DNA of 64,000 nucleotides from the human T2T-CHM13v2.0 reference genome, Homo sapiens. This document shows positions 12,301-23,386 of the stretch, piece by piece. Location: assembly GCA_009914755.4 (NCBI GenBank), contig CP068257.2:17856001-17920000 (forward strand), read 5' to 3'. The notes beneath the pieces were generated by a model. It saw nothing but the letters and a program-made list of their open reading frames with translations, searched no databases and was not told the origin of the DNA. A program made the position numbers and the translations under genes. Position 1 is the first letter of the stretch. Each line of letters starts with the position of its first letter.

Positions 12301-13750
12301 AAGACGACCCCTCTTGATGTCAGTTCTGACATTTCCTATAAGCAGCTGCCACAGCAACTGGATTCTAGATGCAGGTACTTGGAGCAGCAGTGGAGACAGG
12401 GTCTTAGTCTGAGTGTCTTATGAACCTATTGAGGCACCTGTCTTGGGGTGCATGTCAGGTTTGACGTCTGTGGCAGGATTGGATGTAGATATCCCACACC
12501 AGGATCTGAGGTACCCTCTATCAACTTGGTTTCAGGGGCGTGGCTTGTAGATGTGACCTTCCTTCTGGGGAGGCAGAGAACAGCCCTACCACAACTCCAG
12601 GGAAAGAAGGGTTCTCTAGAAATTTGAGCTTAGGGACAATTGGAATTCAGGATTCTGAGTCAGTAGGGCTCAATGGCAACTTTAACCCGTGGGGACAAGG
12701 AGTACTGTGTAGTAGTCACTCCAGATCTTGGCATTGCGGGGTTCAGCAGTATCCCAGACTGTGAAGCCAGGTGTAGCAACAAGTATCCAAGAAATGGCAA
12801 GCTTGGCTACAGTTTGGGCCCTGGGTGCATAAGGCGGTACAGGGGTGACTCCACTTCCTGGAAAGAGGAGCATCTCAGCAGCTCAAATTCCATGGGGCTA
12901 CTCCATCTCCAGGAAGCAAGATACTAGAGTTGTTTGGCTTTTAGGACAGAGTGTTTCAGCTCAGCCTTGGGAAGTGCAGCTGCTCAGCTCAACCAAGGCT
13001 CTACTTCCCCAGTGGGCAATGTGCCACTTCAGCTCAGGCCCACGCGGGTGTGACTATTCTGGGCAGCCCAGCCACCATTTTCTTGTGATTCAGTGCTCTG
13101 CCAAAGCACTGTTTCCTTTGGTGGCTATGCACAGTTTTTGATCAGCTTCCTAAAAGCAGGGCACAACTGTGCCTGAGAGGCTGATGGAGTTGTTCTACCA
13201 AATCACTGTTTCCCCAGATTTCCATCTGTGCAGCTTCAGCTCCTGCCTGAGCAGGTTGGGGGATGGGTAGGTGGGGCACTTTCACTCCTTTTTGATCCCA
13301 TAGGGAAGGGTGTAATTGTTGCTCACAGCTGGGCTTTGGGATGTTGGGTCACTGGGAACGAGTGGTTCAACAGCAGTTTAGCCTCTGGGTTGAAGGAGTG
13401 CTGTGGCTTCTTGTTGCTGGAGCGTGATATACTTTAGCATTAGTTTCAGTTCCAGGATGGTGTAACATAGCAGCTCTGCAGGCCACAGGGAGTGGGGAGG
13501 AGTGTCAGTTTCTTCTCAGGGGGAAATATGACTGCGTGGCCTCTAGGAATTTTTCTTACCTAGGCTTAGTGCCTGGAAGGACTTTAAGGGACCCTAGTGG
13601 TAAAGACTGTAGATGTCTAAGTTCTCCTGCCTGAGAAAGTAGGAGGAGAGTTAGGTAGAGCAGTTCTATTGCCTCTAGGCCCCGCAAGGAAGGTATAATT
13701 GCTGCTGGAAGCTCAGCTTGGGAATGTTGGGCCAACTGGTGAATTAATAA
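6650..13750 (-). mobile_element. LINE-1, older primate subfamily (L1PB/L1MA-like), about 7.1 kb and near full length but coding-dead, minus orientation
   Basis: Reverse-strand ORF fragments match L1 ORF2p in order: C-terminal domain (7138-7428, …HCWWECKLV…LFTIAK…), reverse transcriptase (8619-8909, 9028-9219, 9249-9476 'PGPDGF…SITLIPKPG'), and endonuclease (10348-10548 '…IANIHACNTGAPR…'). The reverse complement of 6650-7030 matches the L1PB/L1MA 3'UTR (…agatagaaggaataag…caaaatagctagaagag…ccaacacaaa…ttaccttgatttgat…gtatcaaaatatca…ccctataaatatgtacaat…). 11900-13750 is 5'UTR-like with internal units of about 380 bp (for example 13305 versus 13690). Confidence 0.85.
9272..9300. repeat. (TG)n microsatellite inside the L1 ORF2 remnant
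   Basis: A run of about 14 tg dinucleotides interrupts the L1 reverse-transcriptase-coding remnant. Confidence 0.9.
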
Positions 13751-13759
13751 GCAATAAAT

Positions 13760-14890
13760 TAGTAACAGGTAATACATACATTTTATAAGTTCTAAACATT
13801 TTGATTATTCTGTAAGTCACTAGCTAACACATTCCCAGAGAAGTTGCCAAATTTAACTAATATTTTCTAAGCTCAAGTCCCTCTAAAATGTCCACCAAAG
13901 GGTCTGAATGGGATTAAAAAGACATTGAAAAATCTTGTCATTACATAACTGAAAATTAAAACAACCACTACACATTTATTAGAATGGCCAAAATCCAAAG
14001 CACTGACAACATCAAATGCTGATAAGGATGTGGAGAAACAGAAGCTTTCATTTTTTGCTGATGGGAATGCAAAATGGAGCAGTCACTTTGGAAGACAGTT
14101 TGGTAGTTTCTTACAACACTAAACACACTCTTACCATATGATACAGCAATCCTGCTTCTTGATATTTACCCAAATAAGTAAAAAAAAAAAAAAATACACG
14201 TCCACACAAAAACTTGCACACAGATGTTTACAGCAGTTCTTTTTATAATTGGCAATAATTTAAAAAAACTGAGATGTGCTTCGGTAGTTGAATGGATGAA
14301 CAAACTGTGCTTCATACAGACAATGGAAGAGTATTCAGCGCTAAAAAGGAATGAGCAATCAAGCCCCGACAAGACCTATAGGAGACATAAATATGTATTA
14401 CTTAGTGAAAGAAGCCAATGGCAGATGTTGTATCATTCTAACTAATTGGCATTCTAGAAAAGACAAACTATGGAGACAGTACAAGAATAAATAAATGGTT
14501 GCCAGAAGTTAGGGAGGAGAAAAGAATGAAGAGGTAGAGCACAGAGAATGTTTAGAGTAGTGAAATGCCTCTGTGATACCACAGTGGTGAATACATGTCA
14601 TTATACTTCGATACCTCTGTCAAAACCCATAGAATGTAAAATACCAAAAGTGAAACCTAATGCAAATCCTGGACTTTAGATGATAATGATTTGTCAGTGT
14701 AGGCTCATTGAGTCTAACAAATGTGTCACTGTGGTGAAGAATACCCATTGTATGGAAGATTATGTGTGTTTGGTAACGGGGGCAGGAAGTATGTGGAAAC
14801 CGTGTGAAACTTGTCGATTTTACTGTGAAGCTGAAACGTCTGTAAAAAAATTAAATGTTATTAATTTAAGAAATGCATTGACAGTAGTTT
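13760..14890 (+). mobile_element. L1M-type LINE-1 3' fragment (ORF2 C-terminus and 3'UTR), plus orientation
   Basis: Matches the ancient L1 consensus: '…ttagaatggccaaaatccaaagcactgacaacatcaaatgctgataaggatgtggagaaacag…' (IRMAIIKK…CWRGCGE), '…ccatatgatacagcaatcctgcttcttgatatttacccaaa…', '…gtgcttcatacagacaatggaagagtattcagcgctaaaaaggaatga…'. Confidence 0.8.
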
Positions 14891-15078
14891 ACTTTTCAAA
14901 CCTCAGAATTCATTCATAATATATTCCACCTTCTCAAAAACAGAGTTTGTTAATAAAGTCTTGTGAGTTTTTGTTTTTTGGTTTTTTGGCAATTACTTTG
15001 AAATGTGAAATTGTCCCTCACACAATTTCTGCTATAGAAAGTTTACGATTATCATGTTATTTTAAAAAGCCTCTCCAA

Positions 15079-15358
15079 GGCTGGGCACAATGGCTCACAC
15101 CTGTAATCCTAACACTTTAGGAAGGTGAGGCAGGCGGATCATTTAAGGCCAGGAGTTCAAGACCAGCCGGTCAATATGGGGAAACCTTGTCTCTACTAAA
15201 AATACAAAAATTAGCCAGGCGTGATGTTGCATGCCTGTAATCCCAGCTACTGAACACAGGAGGCAGTGGTTCCAGTGAGTCAGCATCACACCACTGCACT
15301 CCAGCCTGGGTGACAGAGAGAAACTCTGTCTCAAAAAAAAAAAAAAAAAAAAAAAAAA
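15079..15358 (+). mobile_element. Alu (full length), poly-A tail at 15333-15358
   Basis: ggctgggcacaatggctcacacctgtaatcc…gcactccagcctgggtgacagagagaaactctgtctc + A26. Confidence 0.95.
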
Positions 15359-16018
15359 TCAAAGAAAAAATTTTTATATGAGGCTGTATATTTCATATGC
15401 AGAAAACTACATGATTAGTCAAGAGTTCTGAGTTTATTTTCAAATCCCATTTTTTTCTTAACTAAGCAGGTCAACTTCAGCAAGGTTTTGTTGTGTTTTG
15501 GTTTTCCTCCTAAGGCTGTTTTTCACTTATAAAATGAGTTAAAGTAAATGGCCTCCAAGGTCCCTTCACACTAATCTAAACTATCTGTAAAAACATTCTT
15601 GAAGCCCTTTAAACTTGTGTCAAAGAATATGACCTCATGAAAAAGGTGCTGGTCCATGGCTTCTACGTGTAATAATCAAAAATTCAGGTCAAGCCAAATA
15701 GAAAATGCAACAGACCATCAAAATCAATATATTGTAATAAGCTTTCTTATTTATTTGTTTTCTTAATAACATATTGATTTAGAATTCAATATAAAACTAA
15801 TCAATTTATCAGAATCAAATTCCAATTTGTAGTTTGAAAAACCATTGATTAAGAAATCAGAGTCACACGGAAGTGCTGGATATGTCTATTACCTTGATCG
15901 TAGTGTTGGTATCAAAGGTGTTTTCATACCTCCAAACTCATCAAATTGTGCATATTAAATATGTGTGTTTTATTGTATATTAATCATCACTCAATAAAAC
16001 TATTAAAAAATAGAACAA

Positions 16019-16418
<400 letters not shown>

Positions 16419-17429
16419 TCACAGTCACAGTGGGATTAGGTTTGGCCCGTATATAAAGCAAATTTGTAACATGAAATTTTACATTAAAAAATCACATAAT
16501 TATACTAGACAACACTGCTTTGAAGTCATAATTTTATGTTTGCAATAAGCATCAGAATCTCCCGAATAATTATTTGAAAATAAATGTATCTGGGACCTTC
16601 TCCCCAAAAACCCCAATTTAGTTTGCAGCTCCCTTGTTGATCATGAGCTAGTCTACTAGTTGTGAGGAAAGGCTCTTCTAATACAAATTCCCTATGACTG
16701 CAAATGGATCTTTAAGACAAAATGTCTGATTGTTAGCTGCACTAAACATCTTTCTATTAACTTTCTGAGGTTGTTAGAACATTTTTGCCTTTTGCCTGTT
16801 CCCCTCTTCTCAGAAAATTCTTGATTTACCAAGGTCCTCCTCACCTTAAAAATTCAATCCAGATATTTTGGGAACAAGGCAAGATGGTGTACGGGAAGCA
16901 GGTTTTGTGTGCCCCTCTCACAGAGATGAAACAAAAGGGCTAGTGAACACTGACCCTTCAGGTCAATCATATAAAAGAAGACATCAGGATCCCTGAAGGC
17001 AGCAGGGCAATTCAGAGATCAGATAGGAGCGAAGCTGGGCACCAGACTGTCTGGGTTCAGTGTGGAGGAGGAGAAGCTCTCCAACACAAGAAAAGATAAA
17101 TGAGAGGCCCCACGGAGATTCAAGCTCTCCACAGGGACCTGTGCAACCCTGGGAACAGGAGAATCCCCTGGGTCCCCCTCCACTGCACTTCTAGACTGAG
17201 GCAGAGAGCCACCTGGACTTTTTGCAGGGGCAACCTTCAAGTCCAAATGACCTCTACAAAACTTTGGCCCTGGAGTAGAGCAGCACCAGCGTCATAGCTT
17301 CAATAGAGGCTGCAGTTGCAGTACCTGAGAGCAATAAGACTGCTCCACCCCTCCTTGCTGGACAGGGCTCAGTGTCAGGTTCTGGCCCAGCAGTCCCCCT
17401 TCAGCCCAAATTCGACTAGCCACTCCACC

Positions 17430-18390
17430 TACCCCCACCAGCAATAGCCAGGATGGCATTGCTTGCTAGAGCTTCTGGCCCAGTGGTGCCACTTCTGTGT
17501 GAACTCAGCTGGAGGTCACAGTTTTCTGTTGTCCCAGGAAACACCTGAATTGCAGAGTGCGTGACTCCACCTGCCCCTGTCACTAGTAGCCCGGTGGGCA
17601 ACACCTGCTAGAGCTCCTGGCTCGGCAGCTCCACTTCTGTCTGAGCTCAGCTACAGGGAACAGCTTCTTGTTGTCCCCGAACAGCAGAACAACAGAGCAT
17701 GCAACTCAGCCCACCACTGCCGCTGGTAGCAAGGTGGGCAATTGCTTCCTAGAGCTTCCAGTTCAGTGGCTCTGCTTCTGTGTAAACTCAGCTAGAGGGT
17801 GCAGCTTCCTGTAGTTCTGGAAAACACCACCACCCAGATAGCAGAGCATGTGACACTTTACCCAGCTGGGCAACACTTGCTACAGCTTCTGCGCCAGCAC
17901 CCCACTTCTATGTAAGTTCAGCCACTGGGTGCAGCCTCTTGCTGTCCCAGGTAGCACCCAGACAGAAGCACAGGTGACCCCACTGAGCCCTGCCTCTGAT
18001 AGCCAGGTGGGCAATGCCTGCTAGAGTTTCTAGCCCAGTGGTCCTGCTTCTGTGAGAACTTAGCCAGTGAGCACAGCCTTCTATTGTCCCAGGAAGCTTC
18101 TGGATGGCAGGGTAGGCACACCCATCCACCCCTGCCATTTATAGCCAGACAAGCCACACCTGCTGAAGCTAACAGTACAGTGGTCCTACTTCTGCCAGAA
18201 TTTGCTGAGGAATGCAGCCTCCTGTTGCGTTAGAAATACACAGTTGGCAAGGCATGTAACTCCATCCACCTCCACTTCGCATAGCCAGATGGGTCACATC
18301 TGCTAGATCTTCCAGTGCAGCAGTCCTGCTTCCACCTGAATTCCGTGGACAGGAGCAACCCTGGGTTTCCCCCAGGAAGCACATGAACAG
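17430..18390 (+). repeat. Tandem repeats of about 130 bp (about 7-8 units) within the L1 5'UTR
   Basis: The unit '…agccaggtgggcaa[ty]gc[ct]tgctagagcttctggcccagtggt…ctgtgtgaactcagctggagg…cagc…tgttgtcccagg…' recurs near 17445, 17585, 17725, 17860, 17995, 18130 and 18270. Confidence 0.8.
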
Positions 18391-18458
18391 CATATCAGCG
18401 TTGACCTAACAAAGATACAGCTTGTCTGCCAGCCATAGCCTCTGCCTGAGGGAGCCAC

Positions 18459-19136
18459 ATGGACCACATGGACCAGAATAGCCAACAAAAGAATTGTGGG
18501 CATAGAGACCATAATCACAGAGGGTTCCTCCATGACCCAGGAGTGGAGAAGAATCGAAACCAGTCAACCGAACTCCCTCTATACCATAATCAAACCCCCA
18601 AGGGCATCAATGAAGGAAAGAGAAAAAAAAATCTATCAAAAGGACAGCAAATTCATCAGCCCACACAAATGACAAAGAAACAGCACAGGAACTCTGGCAA
18701 CTCAAAAAGCCAGAATGCATTCTTTCTTCCAAATGATTGCACTTATTCCCCAGCACGATTTCTTAACCAGGTTGAAAAGGCTGAAAAGACAGAAATAGAA
18801 ATCAGACTATGGATAGCAAAGAAAATAATCAAGATTCAGGAGAACATCAAAACCCAATCCAAAGAAGGTAAGAATTATAATAAAATGATACAAGAACAGA
18901 TAGACAAAATAGCCATTACTGATCCACAAAAGCGCCAAACTGATCTTACAGAGCTGAAACATATACTACAAGAATTGCATAATGCAACTGCAATTATTAA
19001 CAGCAAAGTAGATCAACCTAAGGAAAGAACCTCAGAGCTTGAAGACTGGCTCACTGAAATGACCCAGTCAGACAAAAATGAAGGAAAAATAATTATAAAG
19101 CATGAACAAAACCTCCACAAATATGGAATTATGTAA
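18459..19136 (+). pseudogene. L1 ORF1p remnant: open 225-codon ORF covering the N-terminal and coiled-coil part; the C-terminus is lost to frame breaks and the internal deletion
   Basis: The ORF-track translation aligns to L1 ORF1p. It stops about 110 codons short of full-length ORF1p, which is about 338 aa. Confidence 0.8.
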
Positions 19137-21044
19137 AGACCTCATATCTATGACTCATTGGCATCCCTGCAAGAGATGAGTAGAAAGTAAGCAACTTAGA
19201 AAACACATTTCATTGTATCATCCATGTAAACTTCCCCAGCATCACTAGAGAGGCCAAAATTCAAATCCAGGAAATGCAGAGAATGGCTGCAAGATATTAC
19301 ACAAGAAGACCATCCCCAAATCACATAATTATCAGTTTCTCCAAGGCCAAAATGAGATAAAAAAAATTGTTAAAGAAGGTGCAAAACCTCCTTAATCTGA
19401 CAAACAACTTCAGCTGGGTTTCAAGATACAAAATCAGTGTACAAAAATCAATAGCATTCCTATATACCAGTAACATCCAAGTCAAGAAGCAAATCAGAAA
19501 CACAATCCCATTCACAATTGCCACAAAAAGAATAGAATACCTAGAAATACAGCTAACAAGGGAGGTGAAACATCTCTTTCATGAGAACTACAGAACACTG
19601 TTCAAAGAAATCAGAGATGACATAAACAAATGGAAGAACATTTCATGCTTACGGATAATAAGAGGCAATATCCTCAAAATGGTTATACTGCCCAAAGAAA
19701 TTTACAGATTCAATGCTATTTCTTTTAAACTGCCAATGATATTCTTTACATAATTAGAAAAAGTTGTTTTAAAATTCATATGGAACCAAAAAAGAGTCTG
19801 AATAGCCAAAGCAATCCTCAGCAAAAAGGGCAAAGCTGGAGGCATTGTGTTACCCAATGTTAAACTATATTACAGGGCTACAGTAACCAAAACAGCATGG
19901 TACTGGTAGAAAAACAAACACATAGACCAGTTGAACAGAATACAGAACCCAGAAATAATGCTGCAAACCTACAACCATCTCATCTTCAACATAGATGAAA
20001 AGTTAAGCAAAGGGGAAAGGACTCCCCACTCAATAAAATGTTCTCGGATAACTGGCTATCCATATGCAGAAGATTGAAACTGGACCCCCTCCTTATACAA
20101 TATACAAAAATCAATGCAAGATGAATTAAAAACTGAAATGTAAAACCTAAAACTATAATAACCCTGTTAGATAACCTAGTAAATATCATTCTGGAGGTAG
20201 TACTTGGCAAATAATTGTTGATGAAGACACCAAAAGCAATTATTAATACAACAAAAATAAAAATTGACAAATGGAATCTAATTAAAATAAAGGGCTTCTG
20301 CACAGCAAAAGAAACTATTAACGGAGTAAACAGACAACCTACATAATGAGAGACAATATTTGCAAACTCTGCATTAAACAAAGGTCAAATATCCAGAATC
20401 TATGAGGAACTTAAACAAGTTTACAAGCAAAAACTAAGCAACCCTGCTAAAAAGTGGGCAAAGGACATGAACAGACATTTTTCAAAAGAAAGCATACAGA
20501 AGGCCAACAAGCATACGAAAAAAAGCTCAATATCACTGATCATTAGGGAAACGTAAACCAAAACCACAATGATATACACCTCACACCATTCAAAAAGGCT
20601 ATTAATAAAAAGCCAAAAAATGATAGATGCTGGCGAGTGGTGGAGAAAAGAAAACATGTATACAGTGTTGGTGGGAGTGCAAATTAGTTAGCAAATCATT
20701 ATGAAAGACAGTGTGGCAATTCCTTAAAGACCAAAAACAGAACTACTATTCGACCCAGAAAACCCATTATTGGGTATGTACCATACAGAATATAAATTGT
20801 TTACATAAATATACATGCATATGTATGTTCATCGCAGTATTATTCACAAAAGGAAAGACATAAAATCAACCTAAATGCCCATTGACGGTAGATTGAAGAA
20901 AATATGGTACATATACACCATGGAATACTACTCAGTAATAAAAAACGGTGAGATCATTTCCTTTGCAGCAATGTTAATGGAGCTAGAGGCCACTATCTTA
21001 AGCAAACTATCCCTGGAACAGAAAAACATTCATTGTGTGTTAGG

Positions 21045-21192
21045 AATGTGCATTAGGATCATTGTGTGACAATGATAGGTTTATATTGTATCTCATCCAC
21101 TAGATTATCAGTTTATAGGGCAGTATTCAAGTATGCAAGCATGTTACTAAATAGTAACAGTAAAAATTGCTTTATCAAATTGCTTATAAGTG
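21045..21192 (+). repeat. Copy 1 of a direct repeat of about 150 bp (copy 2 at 21530-21680), located as an insertion inside the L1 ORF2 end
   Basis: '…gcattaggatcattgtgtgacaatgataggtttatattgtatctcatccactagattatcagtttatagggcagtattcaagtatgcaagcatgttactaaatagtaacagtaaaaattgctttatcaaattgctta' versus '…gcacttagcacattgcctgacagtggtctgtttatattatatctcatccactaggttatcagtttataaggcagtattcaagtatgtaagcatattactaaacaataacaataaaagttgctttatcaaattgctta', about 88-90% identical. L1 sequence is continuous on either side of copy 1 (gaacagaaaaac|…|gaaaaccacatgtttt). Confidence 0.8.
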
Positions 21193-21529
21193 AAAACCAC
21201 ATGTTTTCACTTATAAGCAGGAGCTAAACAACCATAACATATGGATGCTAGGAAAGTAACAACAGATACTGGGGCCTACTTGAGGGGAGAGGTTAGTAGG
21301 AGGGAGAGGACCAGAAAAAAATACCTATTGGTTACTATGTTTATAACCCAGGTGACAAAATTATCCGTACAACGAATCCCTGTGACATTCAATTTACCTG
21401 TATAACAAACCTGCACATGTATCCCTGAACCTAACATAAAAGTTAAAACAAACGCAATCCAAGAATTGTCTTTCTATGAGGCCTTCTCTTAGTCTCCTAC
21501 CTCATGCTCCAGAGGGCTTCGCTAATTCT

Positions 21530-21680
21530 TCTATCAGCACTTAGCACATTGCCTGACAGTGGTCTGTTTATATTATATCTCATCCACTAGGTTATCAGTT
21601 TATAAGGCAGTATTCAAGTATGTAAGCATATTACTAAACAATAACAATAAAAGTTGCTTTATCAAATTGCTTAAAATAAA
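21530..21680 (+). repeat. Copy 2 of the direct repeat of about 150 bp, immediately downstream of the L1 3' end
   Basis: See copy 1. Homology stops exactly at '…caaattgctta'. Confidence 0.8.
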
Positions 21681-23364
21681 CCTTAGTAGTGATGGCCCAG
21701 CTGTAACAGGATCACAGCAATTCCATGTCATGACATTGTGATTCTCAGACAACATCAGCTTCATTTCCTTGTGTTGTTTTTTTGGCAGTGATAGCATTTA
21801 GATGACAATTTTCAGAAAACTCTGTTAATATTCTTGGCAGATATTTAACCTTATGAAAAGAAATCACTTATTGAGGACTTCAGTACAGTATTTTCATTTC
21901 AATGACATTTAAAATGAAAAGGAGTCCATTTTCTTTTCAGAATTTTTGAATATGCTTCAGTTTAAAATTAAACTCATTCAGTGAATAGTCAACTAGCACA
22001 AAAATCAGAATATAAGCGATTTTTTTAAGCAGGCTTTTTTTTTCAATGTGGCTCTTATATTTGATATATCCTATGATACACATTTGACTATTAACAACAA
22101 GTGAAGCATACAAATTTATCTTCAAAAATATGGTAATTTTTTAGTACATATAATGAATTAAAATTTATTGCTCTATGCATAGGAGATAATTTACATAATT
22201 TCAGTATATCTTTTTAGCCTTTAGTCAACTCAGAAAAATAAGTCACTTAAAAATGTATGTTTCTATTTTATTTTCAGATTTTGTATTAATAGCTTTTAAA
22301 TCTTATCCTATTTTTATATGATTACAATACTATAGTAATTTATAGAAGGGAGTTGAAAACATAGTGAAAATATAACTAATTTCTAAAATATTTGTAGTCA
22401 CTTTTATTATGGATTTTCAACATTCTTTTCTAATAAAGAGAAGGGTTAATGAATGAGTTTAATAGGATACCTATAATAAACTACTTTTAAGGTGAATGTG
22501 ACTGGATTGTTTTGGTTGTGCTTGCTTTTCCATGTCTTAGGGTAACCTCAGTTTTCTCAGAACACAATATTAAGTCTAAATCCAAAAGCCTATTGGGTAA
22601 TATAGATTTAATGAGAGAAGGAAGAGTTACCTGCACCTTACCTAGCCCATTTATCTTCTAAAAATAAAATATTTGTAAACATTTTTCTGTTTCTCAATGG
22701 CTTCTCTTCTTGTGTTTCACGTGTCATTTTTCCATTTACTATTCACCAACTATCTCATTAGCTTACAAATAACCTGGTTCAAGCAATTGTCCCACATCTC
22801 CTATTACATTGCACTGAGCACTCAGTGAACTAAAAAGTAATCAATATTGCCAAGCAAAAGAAACAAAGCAAAACGGGATAAAACTTTAGTTTACACCTGA
22901 CTCTCACTTTTCACATTTGTGAATGTGAAAGCGAAGAGATCAAAATCAGGTTCCTTTCATAAAGCTATTACGCACTGCTGCATTCAAAACAGCAGTAGCA
23001 AAAGATGTAAGGATAAATGTGCTCACACTTTTAAAATCATGACACTAAAATAATGTTTCTTGATTCATATGTGAAATCAGATTACACTATAGTCAGGCTG
23101 GTATTTATCTGGAAATTTACTCTGAGCTATCATATTTCACCCTGGCTCATCCTCTTGGCCATCTCTAGTTAAACCAGCAATGGACCTTTTTCCAAGCTGG
23201 TTCATCACCTTGTATCTCCATAAATTTGTAATTAGGAGCAATTGGCCAGTTCACATGGCTGAAATTATAAGACAAAATTTGAGTATTGCATCTATATAGA
23301 AAGACCTGTTTTGCCCTGTAATCTAGGGAAGCAAAAAATGCTCTTCTAGACGTGGAAAATAACT

Positions 23365-23386
23365 GAGAGAGAGAGAGAGAGAGAGA
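23365..23386. repeat. (GA)n microsatellite
   Basis: gagagagagagagagagagaga. Confidence 0.9.

Larger units (their letters stand above)
16855..21465 (+). mobile_element. LINE-1 (L1PA/L1PB-like), plus orientation, with an internal deletion of about 2.2 kb (ORF1 C-terminus to mid-ORF2)
   Basis: 5'UTR at 16855-18458. The ORF1 remnant at 18459-19136 has a coiled-coil region '…EKTEIEIRLWIAKKIIKIQENIKTQSKE…', a recognisable L1 ORF1p pattern. ORF1 homology continues in a broken frame to about 19350 (…FSKAKMR). It then joins directly to ORF2 reverse-transcriptase C-terminal sequence (19367-19753, '[14 protein letters not shown]…[17 protein letters not shown]…[12 protein letters not shown]'). The ORF2 C-terminus follows at 20875-21040 (IDGRLKKIWYIYTMEYYS…). 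The 3'UTR at 21193-21465 reads (gaaaaccacatgttttcacttataag…acaaacctgcacatgtatccctgaacctaacataaaagttaaaacaaa). Confidence 0.9.

Noticed and set aside
17430-18390. Regularly spaced direct repeats of about 130 bp that superficially resemble a repeat-spacer (CRISPR-like) array or a satellite
   Set aside because: The units are contiguous with no unique spacers, far longer than CRISPR repeats, and sit between the L1 5' end and ORF1. This is the known tandem-repeat organisation of older L1PA/L1PB 5'UTRs. The context is a eukaryotic genome.
18459-19136. 225-aa ORF, the longest in the window, as a candidate cellular gene
   Set aside because: Its translation aligns to LINE-1 ORF1p (N-terminal plus coiled-coil region). 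It lies directly after an L1 5'UTR and within a contiguous L1, so it is a transposon pseudogene remnant.
19986-20657. Minus-strand ORFs of 131 and 78 aa
   Set aside because: They are antisense to the L1 ORF2 remnant, hydrophobic and low-complexity. These are typical spurious antisense frames of A-rich L1 coding sequence.
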